Shown here: piece after piece, positions 53,044 to 57,660 of the stretch | How the letters are laid out: each line of letters begins with the position of its first letter | Position numbering within the stretch: position 1 is the stretch's first letter | From: an uncultured Bacilli bacterium | GTDB lineage: Bacteria > Bacillota_I > Bacilli_A > RF39 > UBA660 | DNA length: 57,660 nucleotides | Direction of reading: 5' to 3' | Assembly (NCBI GenBank): GCA_947632455.1 | Contig: CANRPK010000006.1 | Span: 1 to 57,660, forward strand | Made by a program: the position numbers and the translations under genes | The notes under the pieces: model-generated | The model's input: the letters and a program-made list of their open reading frames with translations, nothing else | Database searches by the model: none | Told to the model about the DNA's origin: nothing

Positions 53044-54258
53044 ATGATTCAAAAAATATATTTAGAAAACTATCATGCTTTTAGTAATTTAGTAGAGTTA
53101 AACTTACAAGCAGATAATCATATAAAAAAATTCCCAGATAATATAACTAAAAATAATTTATTAAAATCAGTTATTATATATGGTCCTAATAATACTGGTA
53201 AAACCGGTTTTATTAATGGTATAAGCACTATAAAAGAAGTTATTTTAAATGAAACTAATGTAGTGCTAAACAATTTTTTTAGTGGTGAAAAATATAGTAC
53301 TTTAGGTATAACATTTAATTACAATAATAAATGTTATACCTATGAATTTAAAGCTACTATTGGCAAAAAAATACCATATGAAAAATTTTCCATTTTAAAA
53401 AACAATTCTGAAGAAATTATCTATCTAAAAGATCGTTTCACTAAAACATATAAATGTAAAGATAAAAAATTAAAAAATATCCTAGAATTAACTTCTGATG
53501 ATAATATTTTAATTTACACTTTAAATTCTGAAAATTTTTCTACTTTACAAGAAGCCAAAAAAATATTAACTAATTTTGCTAAAAAAATTGAAGTAGTTGA
53601 TATGAATAATATATCTGATCATAAGACTATTGAATTGCTAAAAATTAAAAATAATATAAGTAATAAAATAGTGTCATTTATTAAAAAAGCCGATTTATTT
53701 TTAGACGACTTTTACTATGATGAAAAAGGTCTAATAAATGATAAAATGCTTAATTTAGTAGATGAAAAATTTATGAAAAATAAACACTTTTTAGATCAAA
53801 TTAAATTAATTAGTGTATATAAAGGATGTAAAGTACCTAGTATTTTGTTTGATTCAGTTGGTACAAGAAAAATTGTTGCTTTAGCTAGCTTTATAATTGA
53901 TGCTTTAGAAAATGGTAAAATTTTAGTCGTAGATGAATTAGATAGTAGTCTCCATTTTAAATTAACTAGGGCTATTATTAGTTTATTTAATAATGAATTA
54001 AATACTAAAGCCCAAATTATTTGTACTGTACATGATACTGATTTATTAAGTATTAAAACTTTATTCCGTAAAGATCAAATATGGTTTACTGATAAAGATA
54101 ATAAAGGTATTAAATTATATCCTTTAAAAAATTTTACTTATTCTGAAACTGGCATTCGCGATACTACTGATGTTTATGATAAATATAGTAAAGGACTTTT
54201 AGGAGCTATCCCGAGCCCTGATTTATTAGCTTCATTACTTGATGATGATAACTCATAG
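53044..54258 (+). CDS. AAA_21-type ATPase (RloA/AbiLi-like)
   Basis: IYGPNNTGKT, SVGTRK, VVDELDSSLH, QIICTVHD, RKDQIWF, YSKGLLGAIP. Confidence 0.8.
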   Translation: MIQKIYLENYHAFSNLVELNLQADNHIKKFPDNITKNNLLKSVIIYGPNNTGKTGFINGISTIKEVILNETNVVLNNFFSGEKYSTLGITFNYNNKCYTYEFKATIGKKIPYEKFSILKNNSEEIIYLKDRFTKTYKCKDKKLKNILELTSDDNILIYTLNSENFSTLQEAKKILTNFAKKIEVVDMNNISDHKTIELLKIKNNISNKIVSFIKKADLFLDDFYYDEKGLINDKMLNLVDEKFMKNKHFLDQIKLISVYKGCKVPSILFDSVGTRKIVALASFIIDALENGKILVVDELDSSLHFKLTRAIISLFNNELNTKAQIICTVHDTDLLSIKTLFRKDQIWFTDKDNKGIKLYPLKNFTYSETGIRDTTDVYDKYSKGLLGAIPSPDLLASLLDDDNS

Positions 54259-54841
54259 TATAGGTATCTTATGTGAAGGCTATGAAGAATTTGATTATTT
54301 AACTTGTCTTAAAGAACTACGTATTTTTAGTAATAAATATCGTATTGATTTATATAATGTTAAATCATTAACTAGCCTTTATCCACGTTATACAGATATG
54401 TATAACCAAAACAAATATCATTTAATCATCATATTTTGCGATACTGAACGTTACTCCCAAGAATACCAACAATTAAAATTAAAAATAGATAATTTTCATA
54501 ACAATACGGTTAGTGATAAAATTATTTTCTATGGTTCACCTAATACTATGCAAATAATATTATCACACTTTGCCCAAGTAAAATTAGAAAAAGCTAATAA
54601 AGCTAAAAACCAAAATTTAATTGAAGAATTAACTAACATACCTCATTATAAAGCAAGCGCTACTCAACGAACAGAATTAATGAAAAAAATAAATCGTGAT
54701 AACTATCAAGTCATGAAAAATAATCTAAAAAATATACCTAATCAAGATTATGAAATTCCTAGTACTAACTTTTTAGAATTATTAAATAACCTAGAAAACG
54801 ATGATACTTCCTGGATAGATACTATTCAAAAATTATTATAA
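54239..54841 (+). CDS. RloB/AbiLii-like TOPRIM-fold partner protein
   Basis: ILCEG.EE..Y, IFCDTE, ILSHF, PSTN; overlaps the ATPase stop. Confidence 0.6.
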   Translation: MMMITHSIGILCEGYEEFDYLTCLKELRIFSNKYRIDLYNVKSLTSLYPRYTDMYNQNKYHLIIIFCDTERYSQEYQQLKLKIDNFHNNTVSDKIIFYGSPNTMQIILSHFAQVKLEKANKAKNQNLIEELTNIPHYKASATQRTELMKKINRDNYQVMKNNLKNIPNQDYEIPSTNFLELLNNLENDDTSWIDTIQKLL

Positions 54842-54889
54842 CTTGTCAATAGCCATAATATTTAGTATAATCTAACTTGTGATGAACTT

Positions 54890-55243
54890 ATGAATCGAAA
54901 TATAACATTAAGTACCTACGAAAATAATGTATTATTATTCAAAAATATAACTACCGCCTTATTTGAAGATAATTTTCTTACCTATCATACTGATAATGAT
55001 ACAATTAAAATTAATCTCCAAACTTTTTCATTTACCAAAGAAAATAATGATACTTTTCTAAAAATAACAAAAAACAAATGTTACCTTAATGTTAAAGAAC
55101 TAAATAAAACCCTTGAAATTCCCATCGAATATTTAGATTTTATCTATAATAATGATGAAATAATTATAGAATATAAACTAATAAGTCAAGAAAATAATCT
55201 TAAAATAGTAATAGAAATAGGAAGTGAAATAAATGAATTATAA
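54890..55243 (+). CDS. Small beta-rich protein, possibly YwiB/DUF1934-like
   Basis: Position immediately upstream of argS as in Bacilli; beta-strand pattern. Confidence 0.4.
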   Translation: MNRNITLSTYENNVLLFKNITTALFEDNFLTYHTDNDTIKINLQTFSFTKENNDTFLKITKNKCYLNVKELNKTLEIPIEYLDFIYNNDEIIIEYKLISQENNLKIVIEIGSEINEL

Positions 55244-56966
55244 AATTGCTGAATTAGAACATAAAATTGCTATAGCTCTAAAATCTTTAGGTTATGATGA
55301 AGAAGTTACAATATGCCCATCTAATCGCCCTGATTTAGGTGATTATCAATATAATGGAATTATGCCTATCGCTAAAAAAAATGGTTTAAATCCTCAAACT
55401 CTAGCCCAAGATTTAGTTAATCTTATTAAAGATGAACCAGAATTAAAAGATGTAAATATTGCTGGTCCAGGTTTTATTAATTTAAAGTTTAGTGATGAAT
55501 TTTTATTAGATTTCATGAATGCTTCCAATGAAAACTTAAATATTAATTATAATCAAGATATCAATAAAACTATCTTTTTAGATTATGGTGGTCCTAATGT
55601 TGCTAAAGTTCTTCATGTAGGCCACTTACGTAGTGCTAATATTGGTGAAGCCTTAAAAAGATTATGCGAAAAAGTCGGTTGTAAAACTATATCTGATGTT
55701 CATTTAGGCGATTGGGGTCGACCTATGGGCATGGTAATATTAGAAATTAAAACTAGATATCCCGATTTAGCTTATTTTAAAGAAGATTATCATGGCGAAA
55801 AAGTTAATTTTACTCTTACTAATGAAGATTTATTAGAATTATATCCTATCGCTACTACTAAAGCTAAAGAAGATCCTAACATAATGGAAGAAGCTCGTAA
55901 AATCAATTATGAATTACAAAATAAACATCCCGGATATTATGCTTTATGGCAAAAAATAGTCGAGGTAAGTGTTAATGAAGTAAAAAGATTATATCAAGAT
56001 TTAAATGTTAACTTTACTCTATGGGAAGGAGAATCTGATAATTTTTATTATATTGATGAAATGCTTGACTATTTATATTCTAAAAATATGATTATCGAAA
56101 GTGATGGGGCTAAAATAATTCCTGTCAAAGAAGATGCTGATACTAAAGAAATGCCTCCTTTAATATTAATTAAAAGTAATGGTGCTGTTTCTTACGAAGC
56201 CACTGATTTAGCAGCTATTTGGGAAAGAACTCATAAATTTTCTTTAGATGAAATATGGTATTTAACAGATAAACGTCAAGAACTTCATTTTACTCAAGTA
56301 TTTAGAGTGGCCCAAAAAAGTAATATGGTTGATCCAAATTTAAAATTAATTTTTAATGGCTTTGGAACTATGAACGGCCCTGATGGTAAACCTTTTAAAA
56401 CTCGTGATGGTGGAGTTATGCCCCTTTCTGAACTTCTAGATAATGTGACTATAGAATGCGAAAAAAGATTACTACCAACTATTACTGAAAATCGTGCTAA
56501 AATTGCTCGAACTATTGCAGTCGCCGCCATTAAATATGCTGATTTATTACCATTTAGAACTACTGACTATAATTTTGATATTGATAAATTTACTGACTTA
56601 AATGGTAAAACTGGAACTTATCTTTTATATTCTACTATTAGAATGCGTTCACTTTTAAATAAATCTATGACTAAATTTAATAAAATGGATGTAATTTCTA
56701 CCGATATTGAAAGACAAATCATTGTTACTATGCTTGATTTAAAACGTATTATAAAACGTAGTTATGAAAATTATTCTTTAAATGAAATATGTGAATACTT
56801 ATATAAAATAACTAATTTATATAACAATTTTTATGCTGAAAATAAAGTTTTAACTGAAGAAGATAATATCAAAAAAAATTCTTGGTTAACTCTTACAAAA
56901 ATTATTTATGATAATAATGTTGAACTTCTAAACATTTTAGGTATAAATATTCCTGAAAAAATGTAA
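55233..56966 (+). CDS. argS: Arginyl-tRNA synthetase
   Basis: AGPGFIN, PNVAKVLHVGHLRS, HLGDWG, FKTRDG. Confidence 0.96.
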   Translation: MNYKIAELEHKIAIALKSLGYDEEVTICPSNRPDLGDYQYNGIMPIAKKNGLNPQTLAQDLVNLIKDEPELKDVNIAGPGFINLKFSDEFLLDFMNASNENLNINYNQDINKTIFLDYGGPNVAKVLHVGHLRSANIGEALKRLCEKVGCKTISDVHLGDWGRPMGMVILEIKTRYPDLAYFKEDYHGEKVNFTLTNEDLLELYPIATTKAKEDPNIMEEARKINYELQNKHPGYYALWQKIVEVSVNEVKRLYQDLNVNFTLWEGESDNFYYIDEMLDYLYSKNMIIESDGAKIIPVKEDADTKEMPPLILIKSNGAVSYEATDLAAIWERTHKFSLDEIWYLTDKRQELHFTQVFRVAQKSNMVDPNLKLIFNGFGTMNGPDGKPFKTRDGGVMPLSELLDNVTIECEKRLLPTITENRAKIARTIAVAAIKYADLLPFRTTDYNFDIDKFTDLNGKTGTYLLYSTIRMRSLLNKSMTKFNKMDVISTDIERQIIVTMLDLKRIIKRSYENYSLNEICEYLYKITNLYNNFYAENKVLTEEDNIKKNSWLTLTKIIYDNNVELLNILGINIPEKM

Positions 56967-57080
56967 ATTAAGAATTGACAAATATATATTTTAATATTAC
57001 AATTACAAAAGTTAGAAATGTACTTACATTTTTTAGTACTCTAACATATAATGTTTTAGTATAATTAAAGGAGACATAAA

Positions 57081-57533
57081 ATGAAACTAAATAATATAAG
57101 CAAAGAAGAATTAGAAACTATGAATTATGATGATATAGCTTATTTAATTCTTAAAGAAGAAAAAACTAAAATGAAAATCAATCTTTTATTTCAAAAAGTA
57201 TGTGAAGTATTAGAATTAAATGAAAATGCTTATATAGATAAAATAACTGATTTCTTTGAATTATTAACTACCGATAAAAGATTTATAATGTTAGAAGATG
57301 GTTCATGGGATTTAAAAGAATTACATAATACTAAAGTTGTAGTCGATGATGAAGATGATGATACACTTACTAGTGAAGTTGAAGACGATGAAGACTCCCT
57401 TGAAGATAAAACTGATGAAGAAGAAGATAATGATAATTTATTCTATGATTCAGATAGTGATGATGACTTACCTGATGATGATTTAGATGATTTAGTTGTC
57501 ATAGATGTTGATGAAGAAGAAGCAAACAGTTAA
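57081..57533 (+). CDS. rpoE: RNA polymerase delta subunit
   Basis: LTTDKRF...WDLKE N-domain and highly acidic tail; follows argS. Confidence 0.9.
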   Translation: MKLNNISKEELETMNYDDIAYLILKEEKTKMKINLLFQKVCEVLELNENAYIDKITDFFELLTTDKRFIMLEDGSWDLKELHNTKVVVDDEDDDTLTSEVEDDEDSLEDKTDEEEDNDNLFYDSDSDDDLPDDDLDDLVVIDVDEEEANS

Positions 57534-57660
57534 CTGTTTGTTTTTTTGTTAAATAAATAGTTAATACTAAAAATAACTAGCAATAATAATTAAAAAGTCA
57601 AGTGCAACAAAAGAATAATCAAATATTATTAACAACTTCTTGTAATTTATAAATTTTGTT

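Noticed and set aside
57340-57530. GAT/GAA triplet repeats
   Set aside because: They encode the normal acidic tail of RNA polymerase delta.

Overview
This is a very AT-rich chromosomal window from a low-GC Bacillota genome. UGA is a stop codon and RF2 is present. The gene content resembles uncultured gut Bacilli such as RF39, but that placement is an inference. The housekeeping backbone comprises uvrA, tdk-rnr-smpB, trpS, the S10-spc-alpha ribosomal cluster (without rpmD), a frameshifted prfB, pgk-tpiA-(spo0A)-gpmI, a class A PBP, argS and rpoE, plus the sporulation genes spo0A, spoIID and a spoIIQ-like M23 gene. The standout signal is a dispersed family of four ~505-aa secreted paralogs (10411-11922, 12613-14127, 32060-33604, 49369-50886). 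Each ends in a ~100-nt GC-rich hypervariable region whose codon pattern (positions 1-2 variable, position 3 mostly fixed T/C) is that of diversity-generating-retroelement (DGR) variable regions (VRs). Each paralog is paired head-to-head with its own XRE regulator(s), and three carry the same 3' stem-loop. No reverse transcriptase or adenine-rich template is in the window. Instead, a fifth, non-coding VR-like copy (31709-31812) sits inside a hairpin-dense, terminator-bounded region downstream of paralog 3. Also present are an orphan MunI-like restriction endonuclease (I found no CAATTG site by eye), an Agr-like two-component pair without agrB/D, and an RloA/RloB (AbiL-like) pair.
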